A program made the position numbers and the translations under genes. The notes below the pieces were generated by a model. It was not told where the DNA came from and did not search any database. It saw only the letters and a list, made by a program, of their open reading frames with translations. Source: a virus. From it: DNA of 64,000 bases. Below, piece after piece: positions 51,039-61,104 of the stretch. Numbering within the stretch: the stretch's first letter is position 1; each line of letters opens with the position of its first letter. The stretch spans positions 1-64,000 of IMG/VR virus record IMGVR_UViG_3300025806_000014; one strand, written 5' to 3'.

Positions 51039-51902
51039 TTATCCTGTGAAAAAATAATCAACACCTTCATCGCCTTTTATTTCTTCAACTACTCGATCTA
51101 CTTCTTCTCTTCCTTCAGATGAAATCATATCATAATTAATTGTAATGTTACCTGGAAGATTAAATGAGAAGGTTCCTAAGATTCTAGATAATTGAATTTT
51201 AGCTTGCCCTATAACATATCTTTGGAATGCCTCATCTTCAAATAAAGCACAATCAGAAATGGTAGAAAATATTTCAAATATAACAGCACCTTTAGGAAGT
51301 TCTCCTTGAAATCTAAATTTCTTTGTTAATCTATTAAACGTATATGATATTTGTGGTAAAAGAACTTGTCTTGCATTATCCATGAATAATGAATTAACAA
51401 CATAGTACATTAAATTCTCACTACCAATACCTGCGCCATAAACATCATCATAAATAAATTTATCAATAGAGAAATCTACATCGTCTGCATTAAAGCTCAT
51501 ACTACCGAATCCACCATCTTCTCCACTGAATCCACCAATTTCAAATACATCATTAACTGAATAAACTCTTGAAGGCATTTTAACTATACCCCTAGGATTA
51601 TCAATATTAGCTTTATTAGTTATAACTTGTTTATCTTGCCCAGTTCCATAAGGTACACCTTGTTTAAATGCTGGTACTTGTAGAGCCCCTGCCGGTAAAG
51701 CAATATACATTTGCTCTACACTATCTTCATAAATTTTATAAAAATATTTTTTTGCTCTTTGTATAATATTATTTAATTCCTTCTTAGGAACTGTGAATGG
51801 GATTTGACAAGCGATAGTAAGATCATCATTAATTAATTTAATTAATTCATCTAAACACGCTGCATCCTCCGGATCATTACAATAAGTATTCTTATTAGCC
51901 AT
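51039..51902 (-). CDS. gp13: Neck protein gp13-like
   Basis: FQRYVIGQAKIQLSRILGTFSFNLPGNITINYD...GREE matches the gp13 C-terminal motif. Confidence 0.75.
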   Translation of the reverse strand: MANKNTYCNDPEDAACLDELIKLINDDLTIACQIPFTVPKKELNNIIQRAKKYFYKIYEDSVEQMYIALPAGALQVPAFKQGVPYGTGQDKQVITNKANIDNPRGIVKMPSRVYSVNDVFEIGGFSGEDGGFGSMSFNADDVDFSIDKFIYDDVYGAGIGSENLMYYVVNSLFMDNARQVLLPQISYTFNRLTKKFRFQGELPKGAVIFEIFSTISDCALFEDEAFQRYVIGQAKIQLSRILGTFSFNLPGNITINYDMISSEGREEVDRVVEEIKGDEGVDYFFTG

Positions 51903-51909
51903 ACTTTGT

Positions 51910-53202
51910 TTATATTTTTTCTATTTCAATTATTTCAGTATTTTCAAACTTAGCCATTTTAGTTGCTCTACCTTTTCTAAAAATACCACCTTCCATTTCT
52001 CCACTGAATACACCTCTCACTCCAAATACATATGAATCTTTACACATTACATTTTTACTAACATAAGAATCTTCTATTTTAGAATCAGCAACATCACTAG
52101 CCCCAAAAAGATTACTTTCAAATAATGAAGAATTTATTATTTCAGAACTAAATATATCACAATTTAAAATATTACCTTGAACTTTGCAATCTACAATATC
52201 GATTCCTTTTATTTCAAAGCATCTCATTAATTCAGCATTCTTTAATTGTATTCTTCCAGTATCAGCATCATAATTAACCAAACCTTCGTTAAGCCCTGCT
52301 TTAGTTAAAAGATTAAATAACTCTTCTCTCATCTTAGGATAAAATGTTTCTACTATTTGGTCATAAGTTTTGAGATCAACCATTAATTGAATTTTAGGAA
52401 ATTTCTTTTTAAATGTTTGATAATCTTTATAAGATTCTACAATACCACTATGCTTTTCTAAAATGCGATCTAATTTTTCAATGTCTTGTTGATTATAAAT
52501 AGGATCAGTTAAAGTTTCATATAATGATAAAACAAAATGTTCTGTTAAATCCATTATGGTATTATACTTCTTTTCATAATCCTTTCCACCAAGATATCTA
52601 AATTCAATATAATTCTTAGGTAACTTAGAAAAGTTTACACCGTAATACTTTTCGGATACAAACATGTAGTTCTTCCATGAAATTCTTTCAGGTGAAGGTT
52701 GAGTCATTCCACTTAAAGGAACAATAAATTTTATTGACTTAGCATAAACAGAATCTTTTCTGTTAGGAAATGCTTCATAAATTTTATCCTCATTAAAATT
52801 TAATACAAATTTTCCAATATCTAATGATGATACATTTGTAGGTGTTCCTAATTTTTTTCCATCAAAGGCTACATTAACATGAATAGAGCATCGTTCATTA
52901 GTAGACCCATTTTCACGGATCCATTTTAAAGTTTTTGCAATAATAAGTTTTGATTCAACAAACGGCATTGGTCCAGTGACCAATTCAATCATTCCAGTTC
53001 CACCAGAATTATCGGGCTCTAATTTAAAAATCTCATCAGAAGGAGTAAAATCACTATGGGCCTTTTCCTCTATTCTTATTTGTTTATTTAAAACATTAGA
53101 AAGGCTTCTTTTAACCTCATCTAATCCTTCATTAGCAAAGAATTCAAATTCTAATCCAATCTTGGATGCATATATAGCATTTAGTTGTTCGTTAGTGTAC
53201 AT
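51910..53202 (-). CDS. Putative amidoligase (COOH-NH2 ligase, glutamine synthetase-like fold) with a C-terminal beta-helix-like repeat
   Basis: IGLEFEF, EPDNS, IELVT, CSIHVNV, KYYGVN, IEFRY. Confidence 0.8.
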   Translation of the reverse strand: MYTNEQLNAIYASKIGLEFEFFANEGLDEVKRSLSNVLNKQIRIEEKAHSDFTPSDEIFKLEPDNSGGTGMIELVTGPMPFVESKLIIAKTLKWIRENGSTNERCSIHVNVAFDGKKLGTPTNVSSLDIGKFVLNFNEDKIYEAFPNRKDSVYAKSIKFIVPLSGMTQPSPERISWKNYMFVSEKYYGVNFSKLPKNYIEFRYLGGKDYEKKYNTIMDLTEHFVLSLYETLTDPIYNQQDIEKLDRILEKHSGIVESYKDYQTFKKKFPKIQLMVDLKTYDQIVETFYPKMREELFNLLTKAGLNEGLVNYDADTGRIQLKNAELMRCFEIKGIDIVDCKVQGNILNCDIFSSEIINSSLFESNLFGASDVADSKIEDSYVSKNVMCKDSYVFGVRGVFSGEMEGGIFRKGRATKMAKFENTEIIEIEKI

Positions 53203-53242
53203 GTAGTTCCTGATTTGTTTATATATTCAAACCAGGAATAGG

Positions 53243-54385
53243 TTATGCTATGTTCATTGTAATCTTACGATCGCTAACATTCACACTACCAATTTTTACA
53301 TTTATAGTATCACCTTTAGATAAATCAGCACCTTTTAATTTTGATTTATGAATTAATCCACTGATTCCTTTTTCCAATTCAACAAATGCACCGTATGAAG
53401 TTATTTTAGTTACCTTACCTTCAGTGATCATCATAGGTTTATATTTCTCATCAACACCATCCCATAAATCAATCTTAGGTCCTAATTGGCTAAGTATAAT
53501 TTTTCTATCTGATATAACTTCTTTAGCCCAGAATTTTATTTCATCACCAGGTTTAATATTTCTATCATCTAAAGCTTTTTGGAATTCCTCACTCAATTCA
53601 GCCTTAGGAATTAATCCTGTTAGGCATTCATCAAATTCTGCAAATACACCAAACTTAGTAGTACCTGTTACAAAACCAGTTCTAGGTTCTTTTATAGTTT
53701 CATTTAATTTTTCAATTGTGCTTGGAATCATTGTTCTTAAATATTCTCTATGAGATACTACAATAGTATCCTTATCTTTAGAAAATGTAATTGGCATAAC
53801 AACAATTTCTTTACCAACAATAGCATTAAAATCATGTAATTTATTTAGCCCTCCTAAAGAACCTGGCATAAAACATTTAATGCCTGCAACATCTACCCAA
53901 TAACCTCCATGAATTAATTCTTTAACTCTAGCAGTAAAGCCAACAGTAGCATTTCCAATTGCCTCTTTAATTTCTTTTAGTTTAACTTCTTTTATTGCGT
54001 CAGATATAGAAGCAATAACATCTCCAGTTTTTGGATTAGTTTTTATCTTAACATCAATCTCCATACCAACCTCTAGTTGTTCTACAATATAGTCAGGTTC
54101 TTTATCTAAAATACAGTAAGCAGTATATTTAGATTCAATATCAATAAGAGCTCTTTCTCCATCTTTAGACATAAATGAAATTTCGCCTCTTGTTATATAG
54201 CCTACACCATCTTCTATGAGTTGAGTTTTCTTTGCCTGGTGATCTGTAATTCCATATAAAGATAACGCATCAGCAGCATATGCTTCATTACACATTAATT
54301 TTGTACCTTCAGGAACTTGGACTTTTACTTTTTTTGTATCAAATGGATCATCACTTAATTGAATTGTGATTTCTTGTTCTGTCAT
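53243..54385 (-). CDS. rpsA: Phage-encoded ribosomal protein bS1 homolog (four S1 domains)
   Basis: GGYWVDVAGIKCFMPGS, IVVSHR, KFGVFAEF..LTGLIP, SYGAFVELEKGISGLIHKS. Confidence 0.88.
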   Translation of the reverse strand: MTEQEITIQLSDDPFDTKKVKVQVPEGTKLMCNEAYAADALSLYGITDHQAKKTQLIEDGVGYITRGEISFMSKDGERALIDIESKYTAYCILDKEPDYIVEQLEVGMEIDVKIKTNPKTGDVIASISDAIKEVKLKEIKEAIGNATVGFTARVKELIHGGYWVDVAGIKCFMPGSLGGLNKLHDFNAIVGKEIVVMPITFSKDKDTIVVSHREYLRTMIPSTIEKLNETIKEPRTGFVTGTTKFGVFAEFDECLTGLIPKAELSEEFQKALDDRNIKPGDEIKFWAKEVISDRKIILSQLGPKIDLWDGVDEKYKPMMITEGKVTKITSYGAFVELEKGISGLIHKSKLKGADLSKGDTINVKIGSVNVSDRKITMNIA

Positions 54386-54444
54386 TATTTATTTTTTATG
54401 AGGTTATTATAGATTATATATTACTCTTTATGTATCTGATATTA

Positions 54445-54473
54445 GTTATACATATAGGTTAGCAAATTGTTTA
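54445..54473 (-). promoter_or_regulatory. Putative promoter TAAAC-N18-TATAAC for the bS1 gene
   Basis: Minus strand CTTAAACAATTTGCTAACCTATATGTATAAC. Confidence 0.5.
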
Positions 54474-54480
54474 AGATTGT

Positions 54481-54759
54481 TTAAGTTATAACCCCCGGCC
54501 CAGTAGTTGCGCCAGTTTGAGCAGCAGGAGAACCTGCAGTTGCAACGGTGATTCCAGGTAGTACTGTTGCAGATTTTATATATGCAGTTATAGCTGGACC
54601 AGCTACACCAGCAAATGCGGCAGCGCCTGCAGCAATTACAGCATCTTTACTATTATCTTGAGTTCCTTCTGCACCAGTTGAATATGCAGCCATAGCTTCC
54701 ATTCCTGCTACAAAAGCAGCATCCATTGCAGAGTTAATTACGGGTGGTACTAAAGGCAT
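54481..54759 (-). CDS. Small Ala/Gly-rich protein, putative spike-tip protein
   Basis: Directly downstream of the gp5-like spike; ITAYIKSATV...TAGSPAAQTG. Confidence 0.5.
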   Translation of the reverse strand: MPLVPPVINSAMDAAFVAGMEAMAAYSTGAEGTQDNSKDAVIAAGAAAFAGVAGPAITAYIKSATVLPGITVATAGSPAAQTGATTGPGVIT

Positions 54760-54789
54760 AATTTATTGTTTTAATTTATAGTTTATATA

Positions 54790-55707
54790 TTAGTCAGTTG
54801 TATTCTTTGTACTTAATGCAGGATTTCCCGGTGACAACGGTGGGCTCACGGGAGCTCCTAAATTTCCAATATGAGTATGATTATTATAAAGATCATTAAT
54901 AAACTGAGTACCTTTAAGTACAGCATCAGTACCAGTCTCTCCTAAAATAATCTTAGGAGAATTGACGTGAGTTTTACCAGTAGCAGTTATAACAGCATCA
55001 ACACAATTAATAAGACAATTAGTATCGGCATTAATTACAGTATCAGCTCCACTATTAATTGTAAATTGAGCAGAGTGAGTAAATGTTATATTTCCATCAT
55101 TAAGCATTACTATAGAATCTCCGTTTGCATTTATTATTTCAACAGAGTTATCTGGCTTTACATTTACTGTAGTTGGACCTTCAGTAGTTGTATAATCCAT
55201 CATTAGCCCTTTTTCTTCTGTAAAGAAAACTTTAATATGCTCACCTTCTCTTTCATTAGTTGCTTCAGATACACCATCCTCTAATGTACCGGTTAAACCA
55301 AATGCAGTATCATAAATTAATACGTGAGAATTTTGATATGAAGGCTCTACTTCAGCTTTAGTTTCATCTGAAGGATAAATATTTTCATGATAAACTGGTT
55401 GATAAAAATTTCCATTATCAAATGTTATTCTAACAATAGATCCTAATTTAGGAATTTCAAATTTACCACTACCAGTATTACTTCCACCATACATTAACTG
55501 ATGCGGTCTAGACCAAGGTAAAGAAACGGTAGGAATCTTATATGCGCTCTCAGGATCTTCAGGATCTACGCGATCATCCATTTTTCCATATACTCTTATC
55601 TTACATCTCCCTTCAAAGATATCATCATTGCTATCCTCAACGATACCTACCCACTGTGTAGTTCTTAAATCGTCCGCATTAAAATTTGTTGGATTTGGTT
55701 TTCCCAT
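54790..55707 (-). CDS. gp5: Baseplate central spike, gp5/gpV-like (OB fold and beta-helix, no lysozyme domain)
   Basis: WVGIVED..D..GRCKIRVYG, LPWSRP, PKLGSIVRITFDNGN..PVY; C-terminal NNHTH metal-binding motif. Confidence 0.85.
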   Translation of the reverse strand: MGKPNPTNFNADDLRTTQWVGIVEDSNDDIFEGRCKIRVYGKMDDRVDPEDPESAYKIPTVSLPWSRPHQLMYGGSNTGSGKFEIPKLGSIVRITFDNGNFYQPVYHENIYPSDETKAEVEPSYQNSHVLIYDTAFGLTGTLEDGVSEATNEREGEHIKVFFTEEKGLMMDYTTTEGPTTVNVKPDNSVEIINANGDSIVMLNDGNITFTHSAQFTINSGADTVINADTNCLINCVDAVITATGKTHVNSPKIILGETGTDAVLKGTQFINDLYNNHTHIGNLGAPVSPPLSPGNPALSTKNTTD

Positions 55708-57191
55708 TAGTCAAATATATTATCGTTACTTATAGTAGAATTGCTTGGTGGACCTGAAGGACCAAATGCATTGATTGAACTTAATCCCTCTCCTACTGGC
55801 GCAGCAGGATCAAATACTTGGTTGGCATCTAAGCTACCACCAGCTGGTCCAGCTGGATCAAATGCTTTAGTTGGATTAAATGGTGCAGGATCATTTGGTA
55901 CACCTAATGGATTATCACCAATATTTCTAACGGCGCTGTCATTTCCAAATGTTTGCAAGCCACCATCATTTCCTTGTATAGCAGCACCTGCAGCAGCATT
56001 AATTAAAGCTTGTGGATTTGATATTGCACCAAGTAAACTATTTCTTAATCCAAATACATTTCCTAAAGTAATACCTTGTATTGCGCTTGACACAGTTCTC
56101 CCTACAGCATTAACAGCACCAGCAGCTGCATTGGCTAATTGATCTTTTCCAAATTGTTTTAGCTTATCTTTAAATCCAGGATTAGTATTGGCAGGAATTT
56201 TACTTTCGTCTAGCTTATCATTATATCCAGAGAATTGTGAAACATTCTCCATTCCACCATAATTAAATTTCATTTGTGTAGTAGCAATTTCCCCACCCGT
56301 ATTAGTTACGCCTTCAAATACATTTCCACTGGCAGCAGGATCAAACATACACTCAGTAAATTTAAAACCAACCTGTGAAGTATTTTGATTTATAAGTTTT
56401 AATGCCTCATCATCGTCTTTTTCTTTTCTAAAGACATTAAGCCAATTTCTTACTGTTTTAAATTTTCTAATTTCTTGTACGTAAATGTACACATCAAATC
56501 TTAATAAGTTTTTAGGAACAATAAATCTTTTATATCTTACATCATAAACAGCCATTTTATATAAACTAAACAATGCCGTAAGTTTTAAATCTAATGCTTC
56601 TAAACAACCTATAGTTATTCCTTCTTCTCCAGTAGTTCCAGTATAAGGATCAATCTCAAATTTTGTAGATTTATTCCAAGCTTCAATTAATCCATCAATT
56701 GTTTGCCAATAATATGGTCGTGTTTTATTAATTTCCTGCAATCCTTGTATAAATGCTTTTAAGTATTCAACTCTATTACTTTCTCCAATTTTTGCTAAGT
56801 AAGCTACTGCTGAAGGTATTGAAGGATAATTATCATTTGATCTACCATCTCTCTGTGTAGGGCCTTGTGCTAGGCTAACTTGTAAATTTCCGGCAATATC
56901 AGCAGCAGGATTTACTTCCGGTGCAGGAATGCCTTGATTACCTTCTACAGCACCTGCAAATAAAGGTGAAGTAATATCAAACATTAAACTAAAACCAAGA
57001 AAGGTAGGGTCATCTAGTGATGTTACTCCATTAGTACCTGAACCATAAGCAGTGGTAGCATTAGACACAAACCTTTTTGCAAAAGAGTAACTTTGTGGAA
57101 AACTCCCACTTCCTAAATATGAACCAAATGGTCCAGCTAATTGAGCTAGTGCATCACTACCTGCGGGGTTTGCTAAATCTACTAAAGGCAT
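55707..57191 (-). CDS. Putative baseplate/tail-tube initiator protein (494 aa)
   Basis: Between the hub and spike genes; tube-fold-like central region and a low-complexity tail. Confidence 0.45.
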   Translation of the reverse strand: MPLVDLANPAGSDALAQLAGPFGSYLGSGSFPQSYSFAKRFVSNATTAYGSGTNGVTSLDDPTFLGFSLMFDITSPLFAGAVEGNQGIPAPEVNPAADIAGNLQVSLAQGPTQRDGRSNDNYPSIPSAVAYLAKIGESNRVEYLKAFIQGLQEINKTRPYYWQTIDGLIEAWNKSTKFEIDPYTGTTGEEGITIGCLEALDLKLTALFSLYKMAVYDVRYKRFIVPKNLLRFDVYIYVQEIRKFKTVRNWLNVFRKEKDDDEALKLINQNTSQVGFKFTECMFDPAASGNVFEGVTNTGGEIATTQMKFNYGGMENVSQFSGYNDKLDESKIPANTNPGFKDKLKQFGKDQLANAAAGAVNAVGRTVSSAIQGITLGNVFGLRNSLLGAISNPQALINAAAGAAIQGNDGGLQTFGNDSAVRNIGDNPLGVPNDPAPFNPTKAFDPAGPAGGSLDANQVFDPAAPVGEGLSSINAFGPSGPPSNSTISNDNIFD

Positions 57192-57213
57192 ATCTTTCTT
57201 CTTTTTATATTTA

Positions 57214-58698
57214 TTAGGTCGTAGGAGTGAACTCTCGACGCACTAATTCTAATTTCATTCTAATAGGACCTGGTTTAGTTAATAACCATTCAACTCCTTT
57301 AATAACATAAAATCCTGTTAAGTATTCATTTACAATACCCTGTTGAGACTTAGGATCATTTTCATCTGTACCTCCACTTCTTTGTTGAGGCTCTTCTTCT
57401 CCTTCTATTTCATCTTGTTGTGTGGCTAATAAAGTATTTGGTATTGCGCTTCCAAATTCTAAAATTTGACAATAAATTCTACTATATCTTACAAGAGCAG
57501 GATTTACAGTATCTAATTCAATTGTCATTCCCATTTTATTAATCTCTGTAAGATTCTGATAATTCTGAACCGTTGCATATGTAAATTCAGGATGCACATT
57601 ATCACCTTGGGTACCTAAAAATTTATATTTAACTTGATCATTTCTAGGACCTTCTACTTCACCGTCTACTATTCTACCTTTTGTTGCAGGAATCATTCCT
57701 GGTGTATCATTGGTAAGAGGGTCTACAAATTCACTAACCCATTCTTTTGCATTAAGATCCCAATATTGAGTATATCTTTTATAACCGTTTGCCTTACTAA
57801 TTTCGCCACTCTTGTTAACCATTTGGTGTTTAGAAATATATCTAGCACCTCCTTGAAGATTTAACATATTACTTAAATAATTAGGAATTCCATCAACTTG
57901 ACCTTCTGTACCTTCTGCACCCATAGTATCACCAGCATTTGTAGTAAAACTTTCACTAGCTTCAATTGCACCTTCTTGACTAAATAATCTATTAACATCA
58001 ACCATAGTTAAGTAATAATATGGATCAATGTAACTAGTGAAAAATGTTTCATCACTTAAATAACTATTTGCTACAATATCCTGAATCCATGTTTCATAAG
58101 TATCATTAGGATTAGTCCAAGTCATAGTATCACTAGTTTCTTCTACATTAGATGCATAACCTAGTCCTAGTTTTTCTGAAATATTTAATAAAGCATCCCA
58201 GCTTGTAACTTCTTCCTCATATTCAACATTCTCTGTAAATAAATTTGGAACAAACATTCTACCTATTACTAAAAATTCACTTGCAGATTTTCCACCTCCA
58301 CCACCAATAGGCTTACAATCAACAACAGTAAAATCTATTCTTATCGGTTTAAATGTAGTCTCATCACCTTGTGATCTAATGTTAACTTGAATTAAGTCAC
58401 CATCTTTAGGATAAAACCTAGCACTAAACATTCCATCTACATCAGCAAATTGAATTCGACAAGTAGGGTAAAATGCATTATTTTTTAAACAAAAATAATT
58501 TAGCCTATCCATTTGGACATCATATCCATTAATTCTGATAACAGGAACAACAGAGGAAAACTTAGAAGGTTTTTCTTTTAAAGTTGAATCATCAGAATTA
58601 TCAGATCCACTTTCAACATCTAAGATTTCTAAAGGATCTAATAATATGGCAGGTTCTATGACTGTTAATATATTTCTTTCAACAATACTTTCTGACAT
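57214..58698 (-). CDS. Putative baseplate hub gp27-like protein
   Basis: Position near the spike; YLTGFYVIKGVEW...MKLELVRRE C-terminal hub motif. Confidence 0.6.
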   Translation of the reverse strand: MSESIVERNILTVIEPAILLDPLEILDVESGSDNSDDSTLKEKPSKFSSVVPVIRINGYDVQMDRLNYFCLKNNAFYPTCRIQFADVDGMFSARFYPKDGDLIQVNIRSQGDETTFKPIRIDFTVVDCKPIGGGGGKSASEFLVIGRMFVPNLFTENVEYEEEVTSWDALLNISEKLGLGYASNVEETSDTMTWTNPNDTYETWIQDIVANSYLSDETFFTSYIDPYYYLTMVDVNRLFSQEGAIEASESFTTNAGDTMGAEGTEGQVDGIPNYLSNMLNLQGGARYISKHQMVNKSGEISKANGYKRYTQYWDLNAKEWVSEFVDPLTNDTPGMIPATKGRIVDGEVEGPRNDQVKYKFLGTQGDNVHPEFTYATVQNYQNLTEINKMGMTIELDTVNPALVRYSRIYCQILEFGSAIPNTLLATQQDEIEGEEEPQQRSGGTDENDPKSQQGIVNEYLTGFYVIKGVEWLLTKPGPIRMKLELVRREFTPTT

Positions 58699-58700
58699 AT

Positions 58701-59246
58701 CTATTGATTTATATTTGTACTATTTCTTGATGGTAAGTTTGCTCCTAGTTTAATTTTACCACCTTCGAATACTTTAGCAGCTTGTCCTTGCTGCAACATA
58801 TTTGGTGGAATTGGTGCCTTAACACCAGTCTTTTTTGTTTTAGCCTTTTGAATTAATCTCTGTATTCTGGATTGATCAATTTCACTCTGCCTTCCAGTAT
58901 CTACATACTGAGCTAAACTTGCACTTGGTCTTGTTGCAGTCTTTGGTCTTGCATATACTAAGTTTTCATCTTTTAATTGCGGTATAGCTAATATGTCTCC
59001 TTCTTGGATAACAAACGGATTAAAAATATTATTAATTACACATATAGCATCAACAAATTGTGTAGACCCAAAATATGTAGTTGATATTTTATCAATTCTA
59101 CCAACCTGATCTTGTGTAACATAATGTAATGCTTTAACACCTAACTCTCTTTTATATTTAAATGATGCAGCAGTTAAGTCATAATACTGTTCACCAGTTT
59201 TATCATCAGTTAATTTATTCTTTAATGTAAGAGATCTAATATTCAT
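58701..59246 (-). CDS. gp53/LysM-like baseplate wedge protein
   Basis: HYVTQDQVGRIDKISTTYFGS....DAICVINNIFNPF.IQEGDILAIP. Confidence 0.75.
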   Translation of the reverse strand: MNIRSLTLKNKLTDDKTGEQYYDLTAASFKYKRELGVKALHYVTQDQVGRIDKISTTYFGSTQFVDAICVINNIFNPFVIQEGDILAIPQLKDENLVYARPKTATRPSASLAQYVDTGRQSEIDQSRIQRLIQKAKTKKTGVKAPIPPNMLQQGQAAKVFEGGKIKLGANLPSRNSTNINQ

Positions 59247-59260
59247 ATTTAATTATTCTT

Positions 59261-61078
59261 TTATGAGTCTATTAACATAGCAGTTAAGTTAGAAACATAT
59301 TCACTGTTTGTAGTCTGTGCTATTGAATTTTCAGCAGCTGGTCTATTTTTAAGATTAGATATTTGTTCATTTGTAAATCCACTAGGTGCAGCGGCTACAT
59401 TAGCAGACGTTTGTAAATTACTAGTTCCAGCATCTGGTATTGAACCATAAGTTGCAACTTCTTTTCCTGCTAAATTTAAAACATCTTCAACATTTGCGGC
59501 AGATGCATATATTCTACCTTGGCCAGCATTAAACATATTTTCTATATCACCTTTATCTCTTGGCTTACCGTGTTTTAGATCTACCTCAAATTTAACCTCC
59601 ATTGGAAAATCATCATAACCTAAACCTTGCCCTAATGTCATTTTAGTATTATCACATATCATATTACCCATCATAACAATTGGATTTAATGGATTACCAA
59701 CAGTAACATGCCAATCTCCAGTAGGTTCACCACTAATAAATGTTTTGGTAGCCTGAGTACCACTCGGTCCACCAACCTGGCTACCTAAAAATCCACCAAG
59801 CATATTACCTAGTAAATTTTTACCTACTTTCTTTAAACCATCTACAACACTATTTGCATCAAAGTTTCCATTTGAATCTCCAAATAAACCTTTAAATCCT
59901 GTCTCCACATCATTAACCACACTTCCCATATAACCTGAAAAGTTACCATTTCTTAACATACTAATATCACCGAATTGACTAGCAACATAACCACTACTTC
60001 CGTAATACCTATGACCGCCCCCAAAGAACTGAGCATTATTAGTAGTCATAGTTAACATATTACTAATAACATCAATCATTGCTATTTTAGGATTAACATA
60101 GCTTAAAGATCTAAGTTCATATTCAAATGTTAATGTCATATCATTTGCATATTTTAATCCTCTATCTCTAATCATTGTTTTATTCACAACATTTACTGGA
60201 CCTAATACAAAGTTTGCATAAGTAGTACCTAATCTGTCAGCCGTAGAACTTCCTGCTCCATTTTGTGCTCTAAATTTGGAACCTGCAGTTTGGCCCTTTG
60301 CAGCATCTGTAATTGCTCTACCTATTCCACCAAGCTTATTATAAAATGGTTGCTGTGTATAACCACCGCCAGCACTTCCTGTATCAACGGCTTCCATATC
60401 AGCAGTTAGTTCTTTATAATTTAATCCAAATGACATGCTCAATAAATCCTCTAACTTATTACCTGCAGTCTCACCTAAATAAGTTATTGCAGTTACACCT
60501 GCAACCTGTGTAGCATCTTGTCCTCCACCATCACCAGATTCTTTACCTTTCATCTTAACATTATAATGATAAACGTTATCAGGAACAGCTGTTGGAAATC
60601 TTCTTAAAGTTACCAAATGATTAACTGGAATTCTTTTGTAATATTTAGAATATAAAAAATCCGATGGCTTATAACCTATTTTAGGATAATTTTTTTCAAA
60701 GTAATTTATGATTCTAGGTAATGAAACATTAGTAGCACCAACCCCACCCATTAAAGGATTTTCTGCAGAATCTATATAATTTTCTTTTGAATTTTTAGTA
60801 AGAGAACCGTGAAATCCTTGAAAATTAAATAAAGCATATTTATTTGCTATTGAAGATGCAATAGGTTTACCTGACATACCAGCAGAGACTGTTGCTGCAT
60901 CAGCGGCTGTTCCGGAACCACCATAAAAGTTTTTGCTATATAATTCAGCAACACCTTTAGCAAAACCAGAAGCTTCTCCACCAAATGCACTAACTCTGTT
61001 TGAATTTGTTTTGGCCTCCATATCAGGAGTCATTGCATCATTAAGTGATTGAATTTTATCAGATAAGTTAAAGCCCAT
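59261..61078 (-). CDS. Putative baseplate tail-tube junction protein (gp48/gp54-like, 605 aa)
   Basis: WHVTVGNPLNPIVMMGNMICD...DDFPMEVKFEVDLKHGKPRD; upstream of the gp53-like gene. Confidence 0.5.
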   Translation of the reverse strand: MGFNLSDKIQSLNDAMTPDMEAKTNSNRVSAFGGEASGFAKGVAELYSKNFYGGSGTAADAATVSAGMSGKPIASSIANKYALFNFQGFHGSLTKNSKENYIDSAENPLMGGVGATNVSLPRIINYFEKNYPKIGYKPSDFLYSKYYKRIPVNHLVTLRRFPTAVPDNVYHYNVKMKGKESGDGGGQDATQVAGVTAITYLGETAGNKLEDLLSMSFGLNYKELTADMEAVDTGSAGGGYTQQPFYNKLGGIGRAITDAAKGQTAGSKFRAQNGAGSSTADRLGTTYANFVLGPVNVVNKTMIRDRGLKYANDMTLTFEYELRSLSYVNPKIAMIDVISNMLTMTTNNAQFFGGGHRYYGSSGYVASQFGDISMLRNGNFSGYMGSVVNDVETGFKGLFGDSNGNFDANSVVDGLKKVGKNLLGNMLGGFLGSQVGGPSGTQATKTFISGEPTGDWHVTVGNPLNPIVMMGNMICDNTKMTLGQGLGYDDFPMEVKFEVDLKHGKPRDKGDIENMFNAGQGRIYASAANVEDVLNLAGKEVATYGSIPDAGTSNLQTSANVAAAPSGFTNEQISNLKNRPAAENSIAQTTNSEYVSNLTAMLIDS

Positions 61079-61104
61079 ATAAGAAAGGTATTTTTATTAT
61101 ATAT

